A program made the translations under genes and the position numbers. A stretch of DNA of 64,000 nucleotides, taken from Nitrosopumilus sp. GTDB lineage: Archaea; Thermoproteota; Nitrososphaeria; Nitrososphaerales; Nitrosopumilaceae. Every line of letters begins with the position of its first letter. Positions within the stretch are counted from its first letter, which is position 1. The notes beneath the pieces are model-generated. The model was not told where the DNA came from and made no database searches. It saw only the letters and a program-made list of their open reading frames with translations. The stretch spans positions 1,888,001-1,952,000 of the forward strand of contig OZ241981.1 in assembly GCA_965204345.1 (NCBI GenBank), in the 5' to 3' direction. Below, one piece after another: positions 30,548-40,360 of the stretch.

Positions 30548-31012
30548 TTGCCCCTTGCAATATTGCGTCTGATGATCACCCCTGAAATCTCCGATTTTCT
30601 GAATTTACAGAGACTGGGGTATGTTGCAACTGTAGCCCCTGATGGCAAACCAAACATCTCTCCAAAGGGTACCATAATTGGCTGGGATGCCAAAACACTT
30701 GCCTTTGCAGATATCCGTTCCCCTGATACTGTGAAAAACCTGCAAAGCAATCCTGATGTGGAGATCAACGTAATTGATCCCATTCTTCGAAGAGGCTACC
30801 TGTTCCAAGGCACATCTAGAATTATCACAAACGGAACTCTTTATGACCAAATACTGAGCCGCTATAGAGGCTGCGGCATCAAAAGTCCGATAAGTTCCAT
30901 CGTTTTAGTTGACGTCTCAAGGGTATCTAAAGTGACCTCTCCATTGTATGATCTTGGGATTTCAGAGTCTGAGATAAAATCAAAATGGAAAAAGCATTTT
31001 ACAGATTTATGA
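30548..31012 (+). CDS. Pyridoxamine 5'-phosphate oxidase-like FMN/F420-binding protein
   Basis: YVATVAPDGKPNISPKG..TVKNLQSNPDV. Confidence 0.85.
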   Translation: MPLAILRLMITPEISDFLNLQRLGYVATVAPDGKPNISPKGTIIGWDAKTLAFADIRSPDTVKNLQSNPDVEINVIDPILRRGYLFQGTSRIITNGTLYDQILSRYRGCGIKSPISSIVLVDVSRVSKVTSPLYDLGISESEIKSKWKKHFTDL

Positions 31013-31018
31013 TCCGTC

Positions 31019-31804
31019 CTAGCTCCTTGCTAGCTTTTTTTCCATTTCGATTAATTCTTCTTTTGTTCTTCTGTGTTCCTCACGTTCCTTTTCTAATAGC
31101 GCCTGAAGCGTTTCTAGCTCCTTTTGTGTCATGTTGAGTTTTGATTTTAGCGAGCCTACCACTACACTTGCAGCCTCAATTATGCCTGCCGAACTCTTTT
31201 GGCCGTCATTTCTCCCCTCTTCTTCTTCTTCTATGAACTTCTTTTCTGAGGGGGTTAGGATGCTTGGGTCTTGAAAATGATCCTTTTTGTCTAGCTCCTG
31301 CTTTGCATTGTACAGCCTTGCATTTGCCTCATCCAATTCTTTTCGGACTTCGACTTGCTGCTTTCTGGCATTATGAAGCGATGCCTGTTGCTGTGCTATC
31401 TGCTCCTTGACCTTATCGCGCTCTTTTTTTGCCTCCTCCAACTCTAGTCTTATCTGCGAGCGTTCTCCCTCTGTTTTTTTGACATCGATGATGGCCTCTG
31501 CATCCTTGATCACTCTTTCTTTTTTGCTCTGTTCGCTGATCTCTTTGTATTCTCGCCGAATGACATCAAGCTCCATTCTTTTCTGGTTTAATTCTCTTTT
31601 GACTGTCATTAAATTTCCAACAGTCACATCGTATTCTTCCCTTACCGTCTGAACCCTTTGTGTAACGTCGTCTAGCTCTCTTTGCTTTTCTGCGGACTCT
31701 GTTTGCAACTTTTGGACTTTAGATTCAAGATCCTCCGTTACCGTGTCATTCTCAGTTGGTTCTGCCGCTTTCTCTTCTTTCTTCTTTTTACTAAAAAATC
31801 CCAT
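31019..31804 (-). CDS. Long coiled-coil protein
   Basis: E/K/Q-rich heptad pattern throughout. Confidence 0.75.
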   Translation of the reverse strand: MGFFSKKKKEEKAAEPTENDTVTEDLESKVQKLQTESAEKQRELDDVTQRVQTVREEYDVTVGNLMTVKRELNQKRMELDVIRREYKEISEQSKKERVIKDAEAIIDVKKTEGERSQIRLELEEAKKERDKVKEQIAQQQASLHNARKQQVEVRKELDEANARLYNAKQELDKKDHFQDPSILTPSEKKFIEEEEEGRNDGQKSSAGIIEAASVVVGSLKSKLNMTQKELETLQALLEKEREEHRRTKEELIEMEKKLARS

Positions 31805-31841
31805 ACTTACCAACACTTTTTCCCAAAAGATGAACCTTTCT

Positions 31842-32042
31842 TTACTCTTGCCTGACTCGTCCTCTCAGGAATTTCAAATAAAACCCGATGCTGCCAACAA
31901 CTATTCCCCCAAACAGCGACATTGTGCCCAGTTCCCGCATGTCCTGATAGATGTTTGGCGCAAGAAATAGCAACAGTGCGCCTAGTATGATTAGTGCAAA
32001 TCCCCCGCTGTTCCTTGATCTGTTGTGCTCTCCGTGGACCAT
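31842..32042 (-). CDS. Small two-TM membrane protein
   Basis: Two hydrophobic segments; abuts the lysS stop. Confidence 0.6.
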   Translation of the reverse strand: MVHGEHNRSRNSGGFALIILGALLLFLAPNIYQDMRELGTMSLFGGIVVGSIGFYLKFLRGRVRQE

Positions 32043-33638
32043 TTACGTGTACTCTGACAGTGTTCTTGCCACTTGCCTTGCCCCGATGTCTGAGATAAAC
32101 GGTCCTATTTTTGGCCCCCTTGATGTCCCAAGTATGATTTGGTATAGCGTTCTAAAGAAGTCTTTTGGCTCAATATCACTTGTTTTTGCAATCTGGTATA
32201 TTGTATTTTGAATATCTTCTGGCTCTTTGCCCTCTTCCACCTCCAGTTCATTGACAAGCAGCTTTAGTGCTTTTTTTGTAATTTCATCCAAATCAATCTG
32301 TATTTTTTCCTGCTCGTCAAACTCGTCTGAAAAATTCCCTGCAAGCTCGATTAGTCTCTCTATCTCCGGCTCTGGGTTTTTTATTACTCTGTAATCTAGC
32401 AGCTTCTTCATCACTCTTTGGCTTCTGTCCTCCTTGAAAATTCTTGCCAGTTCCACGGCCAGTCGGTAGTTGACATGCGTACTTGGCTGCTTTGGGGGAC
32501 TGAGGAGGTTTACATATTCATACAATCCTTTTGATTTTATCAGCTTTGCCTGATTCTCTACCCTGATTCGTCCAAAGTAAATGTCCTCCAACTCGTTGTA
32601 TTCTGTCATCAGCGATGGAATGTCATCCAATCCTAATTCTCTTGCGCCCGTAATTCTCTTGTAAAGCAGCAGCAGAACTGATTTTGGACTCCCAAATTCC
32701 AGCCATTTTTGGGCCGTGATGACATTGCCTGATGATTTTGAGATCTTTTTTCCTCCCTTGTCTAGGAACATCTCATATTTTACGTGGTGCGGGTGTGCAA
32801 ATCCTAAAATTTCGTCTGCTACCCAGTCGTTTACTTTGACTGAGTCCATAATGTCCTTCCCATATGCCTCGAATCTGATATCAAATGCTGTCCAGCGTGC
32901 CGCAAACTCTACTTTCCAGGCCAACTTTCCAAGATCCCTTCTGATGTCTGCCTCTCCGGCATGACCGCATCCCTTGAGCATTTTTGAGCCAATTTCTGCA
33001 TCATGGCAGCCGTACTTTACTTTCTTTTCCCCTGCAATGTATTCTGAGGCTTTTGCAGTGTAAAGCCGATTGCAGTTTGCACATACTGGAAAATATGGCA
33101 AGTATCTCTGATATTTTTCCTGCCCTACAAGCTCTGAAATCTTGTCTCCTATTTTGGCACTGTTTTGCAGTATTGTGTGGATTTGATCTTTTAGCAATCC
33201 CTCTTTGTAGGTATCTTTTGCCCTTCTAAACTCGTATTTTATTCCGACCCTGTCTAGTCCCTCCAAAAGAATGCTGCTCATGTGCATCCCGTAAGAGTCA
33301 TGGCACCCATAGGGGTCAGGAATGAGCGAAACGGGCTTTGCAATGTGCTCCTCCAAATCAAATTTCTGCATTCCGTCTGGAATCTTTCTTAACCCGTCAA
33401 GATCGTCTGAATACGCAATCAGTTCTGATTTATGTCCTAAATTCTCCAATGCCAGTTTGACTCCATATGCCCTTACTGCATCTCCCATGCTTCCAATATG
33501 TGGTATGCCTGATGCGCCAAGCCCGCTCTCCACCCTTAGCATGTCTGTATTTCTCCCGAGTTTTTTCTCACGCTCAAGTAATTCTGAAGCTAGTTTGTCT
33601 ATCCATGTTCCCTTTCCGATAGTTTCTTGCCCTGACAT
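32043..33638 (-). CDS. lysS: Lysyl-tRNA synthetase, class I
   Basis: ASGIPHIGS, Zn-binding CxxC, GKLAWKVEFAARW and KISKSSGN motifs. Confidence 0.95.
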   Translation of the reverse strand: MSGQETIGKGTWIDKLASELLEREKKLGRNTDMLRVESGLGASGIPHIGSMGDAVRAYGVKLALENLGHKSELIAYSDDLDGLRKIPDGMQKFDLEEHIAKPVSLIPDPYGCHDSYGMHMSSILLEGLDRVGIKYEFRRAKDTYKEGLLKDQIHTILQNSAKIGDKISELVGQEKYQRYLPYFPVCANCNRLYTAKASEYIAGEKKVKYGCHDAEIGSKMLKGCGHAGEADIRRDLGKLAWKVEFAARWTAFDIRFEAYGKDIMDSVKVNDWVADEILGFAHPHHVKYEMFLDKGGKKISKSSGNVITAQKWLEFGSPKSVLLLLYKRITGARELGLDDIPSLMTEYNELEDIYFGRIRVENQAKLIKSKGLYEYVNLLSPPKQPSTHVNYRLAVELARIFKEDRSQRVMKKLLDYRVIKNPEPEIERLIELAGNFSDEFDEQEKIQIDLDEITKKALKLLVNELEVEEGKEPEDIQNTIYQIAKTSDIEPKDFFRTLYQIILGTSRGPKIGPFISDIGARQVARTLSEYT

Positions 33639-33644
33639 TTGCTT

Positions 33645-35234
33645 TCACTGGTTCAACGTCTTTGACATGTATGGCCCATATAACGAATACCCTAATCTCT
33701 GATAGTATTCCCTTGTACCCACTGCACTGATGACCAGAATCTTCTTTGCATCAAACTCTTCTTTTGATATCTTTTCAGCTTCTCTCATCAAACTTTTCCC
33801 CAATCCCAAATGCTGTATTTGGTCTTTTTGTTTTTCTCCTAATTTCAGTGATCTTCCATACACGTGAATCTCTCTAACTATGCAGCACGTGCTGCCTTTG
33901 ATTTCGTCTCTGTGTGCATCCATGCTTGGTTTTCGCAATCTTAGAAATCCATACACTGATTCATCCTTGTCTTCATAGGATAGGAAAACTTCTTTTCCTC
34001 CCGATGAATCATAATCAATTCTGCATAGTCTGATCTCCTCATTTGGCTCCTTTTTTGAGAGGCCTGCTTCCCTGCACCTGATACACTTGCATGACAGTCC
34101 TAGCTTGGCAAGGTTTTGGTGCACAATCTGTCTTAAATTTCCTGATTTTGGGCCTGCAGTGATTTCTTTGGGCGATATCTCCCTTTGCACCCTCATGATT
34201 CTGACCCATTTTGGAACGTTTCTTTTGGCCTCTGTTAGCACCCTGATCATATCCTCATCTGAGTATGGCGTGTACTTTTTCTGCTCGTATTCTTTGTATA
34301 ACGGAGTATTCTCAATTACCAGCGATGGATAAATTTTCAACATGTCCGGGCGTAGCTGCGGATCTGAAAACAGCTTTTTAAAATCTGCAATATCCCCTTC
34401 TGGGGTCATTGTGGGCAATCCCGGCATCATGTGTGCCACAATTTTGTATCCTGCATCTTTTGAAATCTGAAATGATTCCACTACATCGCCATAGCTGTGG
34501 CCCCTGTTGACTAATTCATATACCCGTTCTTGTAATGACTGTACCCCGATTTCTATCCTGGTTATCCCGTAACCTAGCATCAAATCAACATGCTCTTCTT
34601 TGCAATAATCCGGCTTTGTCTCAATTGTAAATCCCACGTTTCTTATTGACGCATGCTCGTTGTTTGATTTGGCCTCTTCTAGGCTCTTTGAATCGTTTCC
34701 ATTTAGGGCATCATAGCATGATTTTATAAAGTTCCTTTGGTAATCCTTTGGCATAAACAAAAATGTTCCGCCGACAATAACAACCTCCATTTTAGATGGA
34801 TCATGTCCAAACGCAATTAGTTTTTCTATCTTTGATGTGATCTGTAATTTGGGGTCAAATTCATTCTGAATCGCATTAAGTGATGAGGGCTCTTTTCCTG
34901 TATAGCTGTTGGGGGAGTTAAACTCGATTCCTCCCGGACAGTACGTACACCGGCCATGCGGGCATGCATATGGCTTTGGCATTAATGCAACTACTGATAC
35001 TCCTGATGCTGTTTTGGCAGGCTTTCTTAGCAGCACGTTTCTTAGCTTATCAAAATCATCCTCTTTTGCCACTGATAAGATCTCATAATTTCTTGGAATT
35101 CTCTCTAGTGCATATTTTGTACAAATCTTTATAATTTCCTCTTTTACCTGCTTTTTACTTGGTTCTTGAATTGTTAGCAAGTTTTGGGTAATTTCGCTGC
35201 ACGCTTTGGATAAGACAGGATCTAGTCTATTCAT
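33645..35234 (-). CDS. elp3: Elp3 tRNA U34 acetyltransferase (radical SAM + GNAT)
   Basis: CPHGRCTYCPGG, GGTF, ETKPD, KIYP and VREIHVYG..QHLGLGK..ISAVGTREYY. Confidence 0.95.
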   Translation of the reverse strand: MNRLDPVLSKACSEITQNLLTIQEPSKKQVKEEIIKICTKYALERIPRNYEILSVAKEDDFDKLRNVLLRKPAKTASGVSVVALMPKPYACPHGRCTYCPGGIEFNSPNSYTGKEPSSLNAIQNEFDPKLQITSKIEKLIAFGHDPSKMEVVIVGGTFLFMPKDYQRNFIKSCYDALNGNDSKSLEEAKSNNEHASIRNVGFTIETKPDYCKEEHVDLMLGYGITRIEIGVQSLQERVYELVNRGHSYGDVVESFQISKDAGYKIVAHMMPGLPTMTPEGDIADFKKLFSDPQLRPDMLKIYPSLVIENTPLYKEYEQKKYTPYSDEDMIRVLTEAKRNVPKWVRIMRVQREISPKEITAGPKSGNLRQIVHQNLAKLGLSCKCIRCREAGLSKKEPNEEIRLCRIDYDSSGGKEVFLSYEDKDESVYGFLRLRKPSMDAHRDEIKGSTCCIVREIHVYGRSLKLGEKQKDQIQHLGLGKSLMREAEKISKEEFDAKKILVISAVGTREYYQRLGYSLYGPYMSKTLNQ

Positions 35235-35501
35235 GTATAGTCATACTGGTTTCTACATAAATTCGTTAAATAATTTGGGATCTTGCCCACTATTTGTGCC
35301 TGGTATTTCTTGGGTCTGGAATTTTCCGGCCGTTTTTCTACTTGCAATGCCTTTTCCAATATTTTTTTTAAACTCTGTTATTCCAGTTGATTTTTTTTCA
35401 TTTCTGCAACTATTTTTGTCTTAAATGAATCATCATCATCCATTGTCTCTGGCATGCGTTGCCCTAAGAATCATCCATGCAATTTAGGGCGGGCTGGTAT
35501 C

Positions 35502-36752
35502 TTATTCTGGTTTTGTCTCAATGCCTTTTGGGGATGCATTGGCGTCGTTTTTCTGTTCTTTTCTGTATTCCATTTTTAGCCATATTGGCGTGATGATTGT
35601 TGTTACTGCCACCATGATTACAATCGTAGAGTATACTTCTGAGGTTAGAACGCCTGCTGTAACCCCGACTCCGGCCACGATCAGTCCTACCTCTCCCCTT
35701 GAAATCATTCCTATCCCTACTCTCATTCCCTGTGCCTTGCTTTTCAAAAATAGTATCGATGGCAATCCACATCCAAACAGTTTTGTCACAATGGCCACTA
35801 TGATGATTATTCCACTTAGCATCAAAATATTCAAGTCTACTGCTCTTAGATCCACCTGTGCCCCAATTATTGCAAAGAACAGCGGTGCAAAAATTAACCC
35901 AATCTTGCCAATAAAGTTCTCCACCTTCTCAAAGACCTTGGTAGTTGATAGGGCCATTCCTACTGCAAACGCCCCGACAATGGGGGACAGTCCTATTGAT
36001 CCTGCCAGTGCCGCTGCCCCAAAGAATGCCGCAGTCGCTATTCCTTCAACGCTTCCCTTTGCCTTCCATAATCTTGGGGTAATGACCTTTGGAATTATTA
36101 CCACTGCTGTGACTAGCATTATTGCAAAGAATCCCAGCACCTTCAAAATCGTTATTGTTACTTCTGTAATGTCTATGCTTTCTATTCCCACGTCTGAGCC
36201 TGTGATTGATATTACTACTGACAATACTGCAATTGCCAAGATATCATCCACCACTGCTGCCCCGATAATCAGTCTGGCCTCTGGCGTCTTGATCTTTCCA
36301 AACTCGTTTAGTACCTGAATTGAGATTGCAATACTTGTGGCAGTAAGCGCAGTTGCAATCAGCATTGATTCTAGTGCCTCAAATCCAAACACCTGGAACA
36401 CTGCAAGCCCTGCAAAAAATGGAACTACTACCCCTAGTGTTCCTACTGTAAATGATGCCTTGCCTCCCTTGAGAAATTCTTTTGGCGTCATTTCCAATCC
36501 TGCCATGAACAAAATGACAATTGCCCCCATCTCCCCCAGAATTTTGATCTCATCGTTGATCTGCAAAAGATGCCTGCCATCAATTATGAAAAACTGTCCT
36601 AATGCAAACGGACCAATAATCATTCCTGCAAGCAGCTCTCCTAGCACAATTGGGAGTTTTAATCTAAGGAAGAGCTCTGCCATCAGCTTTGCTGCAAATA
36701 AGAGTATTCCAACTCCTATGATTGTCTCAATTAAATGCGCCTCTGCTGCCAT
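35502..36752 (-). CDS. Cation:proton antiporter (CPA2)
   Basis: ATSIAI, AAVVDD and GMISRGEV motifs; multi-TM. Confidence 0.9.
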   Translation of the reverse strand: MAAEAHLIETIIGVGILLFAAKLMAELFLRLKLPIVLGELLAGMIIGPFALGQFFIIDGRHLLQINDEIKILGEMGAIVILFMAGLEMTPKEFLKGGKASFTVGTLGVVVPFFAGLAVFQVFGFEALESMLIATALTATSIAISIQVLNEFGKIKTPEARLIIGAAVVDDILAIAVLSVVISITGSDVGIESIDITEVTITILKVLGFFAIMLVTAVVIIPKVITPRLWKAKGSVEGIATAAFFGAAALAGSIGLSPIVGAFAVGMALSTTKVFEKVENFIGKIGLIFAPLFFAIIGAQVDLRAVDLNILMLSGIIIIVAIVTKLFGCGLPSILFLKSKAQGMRVGIGMISRGEVGLIVAGVGVTAGVLTSEVYSTIVIMVAVTTIITPIWLKMEYRKEQKNDANASPKGIETKPE

Positions 36753-36875
36753 ATTTTCCTGATAACTGTTGAAAAATCTGTCATATAAGGTAGTATCAGA
36801 TCTATTTTTTTTCATTTTTGTTTAAAAATCTGAAATTCCAGCTAAGTTATTATCTAGTTTAAAAAAAATTCCGGC

Positions 36876-37034
36876 ATGGGATTCAAAAAAGGCATTGACA
36901 CATGTGTGGAGTGTGAGAAGAAGATGAGGGAGGATCCTAACGAGACAGGAATGTGCAGCAAGTGTGGTGCGGCACAAAATCGCATCGAATCATCAATATA
37001 CAAAGAGCTAATCGGCGAGGGAAGGTTCCCCTAA
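36876..37034 (+). CDS. 52-aa Zn-finger microprotein (not in the ORF track)
   Basis: Hand translation: MGFKKGIDTCVECEKKMREDPNETGMCSKCGAAQNRIESSIYKELIGEGRFP, with two CxxC motifs. Confidence 0.6.
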   Translation: MGFKKGIDTCVECEKKMREDPNETGMCSKCGAAQNRIESSIYKELIGEGRFP

Positions 37035-37053
37035 CTGATCTCCTATAGGCAAG

Positions 37054-38076
37054 CTATGCAATTTTTGTAGAATTTACAAAAACTCCTTTTTTAGAAGTTA
37101 TCTGTCCTATCTCCTGACTTGGGATCTTGTACTTTTTGAATACTGTTTTGATCCGTGCTGCCTGATCCTTTGGTGCAACTACGCAGAATCCCACTCCCAT
37201 GTTAAATGTCTTGTACATTTCCTCAGGCCTTACTCCCTGCTCCTCTACCAGGCCCATGATTGGCGGGATCTTGGGCAGAGAGTCTATTTGATAGCCTATG
37301 TTTTTGAGGCGCAGCAATTTGGTAAATGCTCCTCCCGTAATATGTGCAAATCCGCTTACCCTGCACTTTTGATTAATCTCAAGGACCGGCTTTGCATAGA
37401 TTTGAGTCGGTTTTAGTAGTGCATCCCCTATTACCCCGACTCCTTTTACCCTGTCTTTTATCGAATATTTTTTTAATAGCGCTTTTCTTGCAAGCGAATA
37501 GCCGTTTGAGTGAATGCCTGAGCTGCCGGCCCCGATGATCACATCTCCTGCTTTGATCTTATCCCCCAAAACCATCTCTTTTTTTTCCAACAGTCCTACT
37601 ACCATTCCTGCCAAGTCAAATGCAAATCCCTTCCCCTCAATCACGTCTGCCATTATTGCGGTTTCTCCCCCCACAATTGGCATTGCTGATTTCTTTGCAC
37701 CTGCTACCAGACCCTCGACAATTTTTTTAAGCGCCGTTACGTCATTTTTGTTTGCAGCAATATAGTCTACAAAAGATATCGGGGTCGCTCCGATACATAT
37801 CACGTCATTGACGTTCATTGCAACGCAGTCAATTCCTATGGTACTGTATTTTTTCATCATGCTTGCAATCACTACTTTGGTTCCAACGCCGTCTGTATGT
37901 GTGGCCAGCAGCTTCCCCCCTGGGATTTCCACTATTCCCGCATAATGGCCAAACCCGTGTGCCATCTTTGCCTTTTTCTGTAGCTTGTGGGTTGAGGAAA
38001 TTAACTTGCCGATTGCCCTTTGACTCTGTTTAATCTTGGAAATATCCACGCCTGCTTCCTTGTATGTTAGTGCCAT
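37054..38076 (-). CDS. purM: Phosphoribosylformylglycinamidine cyclo-ligase
   Basis: TYKEAGVDI, TDGVGTK, GGETA, SSGIHSNGYS, AHITGG and TFNMGVG. Confidence 0.96.
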   Translation of the reverse strand: MALTYKEAGVDISKIKQSQRAIGKLISSTHKLQKKAKMAHGFGHYAGIVEIPGGKLLATHTDGVGTKVVIASMMKKYSTIGIDCVAMNVNDVICIGATPISFVDYIAANKNDVTALKKIVEGLVAGAKKSAMPIVGGETAIMADVIEGKGFAFDLAGMVVGLLEKKEMVLGDKIKAGDVIIGAGSSGIHSNGYSLARKALLKKYSIKDRVKGVGVIGDALLKPTQIYAKPVLEINQKCRVSGFAHITGGAFTKLLRLKNIGYQIDSLPKIPPIMGLVEEQGVRPEEMYKTFNMGVGFCVVAPKDQAARIKTVFKKYKIPSQEIGQITSKKGVFVNSTKIA

Positions 38077-38125
38077 AGTTTGATGCGCATCTGATATGAA
38101 TAAAAGAATTTGCCTGCCGTCTCGA

Positions 38126-38851
38126 TCACATGTACATTCCGGCTATCTCTTCTCTGTGTTCTACGTACTTTTGAGACAGCTCGCTGAATTCTGAATGAAT
38201 CCTGTCTTTTTCCTTTTGGAGTTCTGATGTGTCTATTTTCATATCATAAAAGCGGTTTATGGCCTCAATTAGGGTCGCAGCCGCCTCAGAATCAGGCGCA
38301 TCCTTGTTTGCCTTTGCCAGTAGGGTAAGTCCCTGAATTTCTCTTACCAGGCATTCGTTTAGTATTCCTCCCGGTATGCCTGTGATAAATCCTTGAGGTA
38401 TCATGCTGATGTCCTTGTCTGCCATTGTTCTTATCAGATCCTCCTCTGCTGCACAGTATGCCTTGTCATCGTGTTCCATGCTTGCGACTCCGTCTAAGAT
38501 CACAATCTCCTTAGAGCCCTTCTTTGCTGCCCAATCCAGAATTGAGGATACTAGCGAATATAGTCCTTCCATTCTTAGCGTTATTTCACAAATTATCGCG
38601 CAAATTGTCCCTTCTTTGTTTGCATAAAATCGGAACGGATGACGCAATCTTCCTCTCATAAATACCGTTGATGGCGGCAGATGTCTTGATCTCATGACTG
38701 CTATCTCCTCCATCTCCAACTCTGCAATTATGTGGTTAATTGAAACCGGCCCTACTAGGCCTGCCCCCACAAATCCTGCAAATATTACTGGACTCTTTAG
38801 TTCTGCTTTTTTAATTTCAAAGACTTCGGCTTCTGGAAATTCTCTTTGCAC
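38126..38851 (-). CDS. PAC2-family proteasome assembly chaperone
   Basis: FAGFVGAGLVG N-terminal motif, ITGIPGGIL and PDSEAAA. Confidence 0.85.
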   Translation of the reverse strand: MQREFPEAEVFEIKKAELKSPVIFAGFVGAGLVGPVSINHIIAELEMEEIAVMRSRHLPPSTVFMRGRLRHPFRFYANKEGTICAIICEITLRMEGLYSLVSSILDWAAKKGSKEIVILDGVASMEHDDKAYCAAEEDLIRTMADKDISMIPQGFITGIPGGILNECLVREIQGLTLLAKANKDAPDSEAAATLIEAINRFYDMKIDTSELQKEKDRIHSEFSELSQKYVEHREEIAGMYM

Positions 38852-38872
38852 TGTTTACATCAATTTTTCTGT

Positions 38873-39220
38873 CTAATTATCTTTGTTGATGAAGAGATTT
38901 AACATGACTCTTCCTTTGTCTGTTATGGTGTAGATCACGTTTGCCCCGACTGGCTCTTTTTTGATAAAATTATAGTCTACACACAGATGCAGATAGTTTA
39001 GAAATGATTTTTTCATTCTGATCTTTGATTTTGAATACAAGTCTGAGAATGTCATCGGACTGCCCCTGAGTTGGTATAGTAGTTTCAATAGTGACAGGGT
39101 ACTGTAATCTCTAGTCCTTGCCTTTACTGCATCTAGAATTTGCTCATCTCGCTTTATAATAAAATCTTCGAATTGATCTGCTACCTCTAGTGGTACATAT
39201 GTTAGTCTTGCTCGCATCAT
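38873..39220 (-). CDS. Winged helix-turn-helix protein
   Basis: MTFSDLY..FLNYL..YTITDKG wing motif. Confidence 0.75.
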   Translation of the reverse strand: MMRARLTYVPLEVADQFEDFIIKRDEQILDAVKARTRDYSTLSLLKLLYQLRGSPMTFSDLYSKSKIRMKKSFLNYLHLCVDYNFIKKEPVGANVIYTITDKGRVMLNLFINKDN

Positions 39221-39401
39221 ACCGTATAGTACGGTACATTACCTTATTAGTCTTTAACTTGAGCTTTTTTGATCTTCTAAGCTGGTTTTTTTACACCTGA
39301 TTGTGCCTAAATTTCTTTTTTTTAGAATTAGCTTGAATTGTTTGAATTGTGAAATTATAGTATATCATCTGATTTAAACGCCCATCATCTAAAATTCATC
39401 T

Positions 39402-40340
39402 GTGGAAATTGCAATAAGTGGCGTGCTGACCCTGGCTGGACTGGTCATGCTGTGTTTTGGCGGCAGTTGGCTAGTTGGCGGCGGTGTTGCCATTGCAAAG
39501 AAATTTCGCATCAGCAATCTTGTAATTGGAATGACTATTGTTGCTTATGGCACATCCACTCCCGAACTTGCCGCTAGTATTGCAGCAGCTGGCGAGCACA
39601 GTGCAATCATTCTTGGAAATGTCATAGGAAGCAACATTGCAAACGTGGGATTGGTAATTGGCATATCTGCAGTTTTTGTGCCCCTTGTTGTACGCAGGTC
39701 TATCTTGAAAAAAGAGGTTCCCATCATGCTGGGTGTTTCATTACTGCTTGTCCTGCTTTCAGCTGACGGTGATCTCTCCTATTATGATGGAATAGTGCTG
39801 CTTGCCGGCCTTGGCGCATTTGGATTTTACACGTATCGTGATGCGATAAGACAAAGGGAAAAAGATGATGCGCAAAGTCTCAAGGATACTAAAAAGAACG
39901 TCTACCTAAAATCATTTGGTCTGATTGGAATCGGCATTGCTTTTTTGTATGTTGGTGCCGAACTGACAGTTAGCAATGCTGTGATTTTGGCAAAAGAGTT
40001 TGGGCTGTCTGAAAAAATAGTCGGCTTGACTGTGATTGCAATTGGAACATCCCTTCCGGAACTAGTCACATCAGTTGTTGCCATCAGAAAGGGCCATGCA
40101 GATATTGGCATTGGAAATATCATTGGAAGCAACATCTACAATATTTTGATGATAATGGGCGTGGGTGCTGCGCTTGGCGGCGTAATGATTGGCACTGATG
40201 TTTATGCTGATTATGCAATTATGATTATCTTCAGTCTGTCCCTGCTTGTTGCCTTAAAGACCGGACTCATTGGCAGGACCATGGGAATCTGCTTGGCTGC
40301 AGGCTATGTTGCGTATCTGACAGTCACGTTTTTTAGATAA
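39402..40340 (+). CDS. Ca2+/Na+ antiporter (CaCA, YrbG-like)
   Basis: Two alpha repeats: GTSTPEL..GNVIGSN and GTSLPEL..GNIIGSN. Confidence 0.92.
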   Translation: MEIAISGVLTLAGLVMLCFGGSWLVGGGVAIAKKFRISNLVIGMTIVAYGTSTPELAASIAAAGEHSAIILGNVIGSNIANVGLVIGISAVFVPLVVRRSILKKEVPIMLGVSLLLVLLSADGDLSYYDGIVLLAGLGAFGFYTYRDAIRQREKDDAQSLKDTKKNVYLKSFGLIGIGIAFLYVGAELTVSNAVILAKEFGLSEKIVGLTVIAIGTSLPELVTSVVAIRKGHADIGIGNIIGSNIYNILMIMGVGAALGGVMIGTDVYADYAIMIIFSLSLLVALKTGLIGRTMGICLAAGYVAYLTVTFFR

Positions 40341-40360
40341 TCTGTGCCTATTTTCCAGAT

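Noticed and set aside
35240-35455. Possible small frameshifted gene between elp3 and the antiporter
   Set aside because: Short frames broken at poly-A runs, with no recognisable motif.
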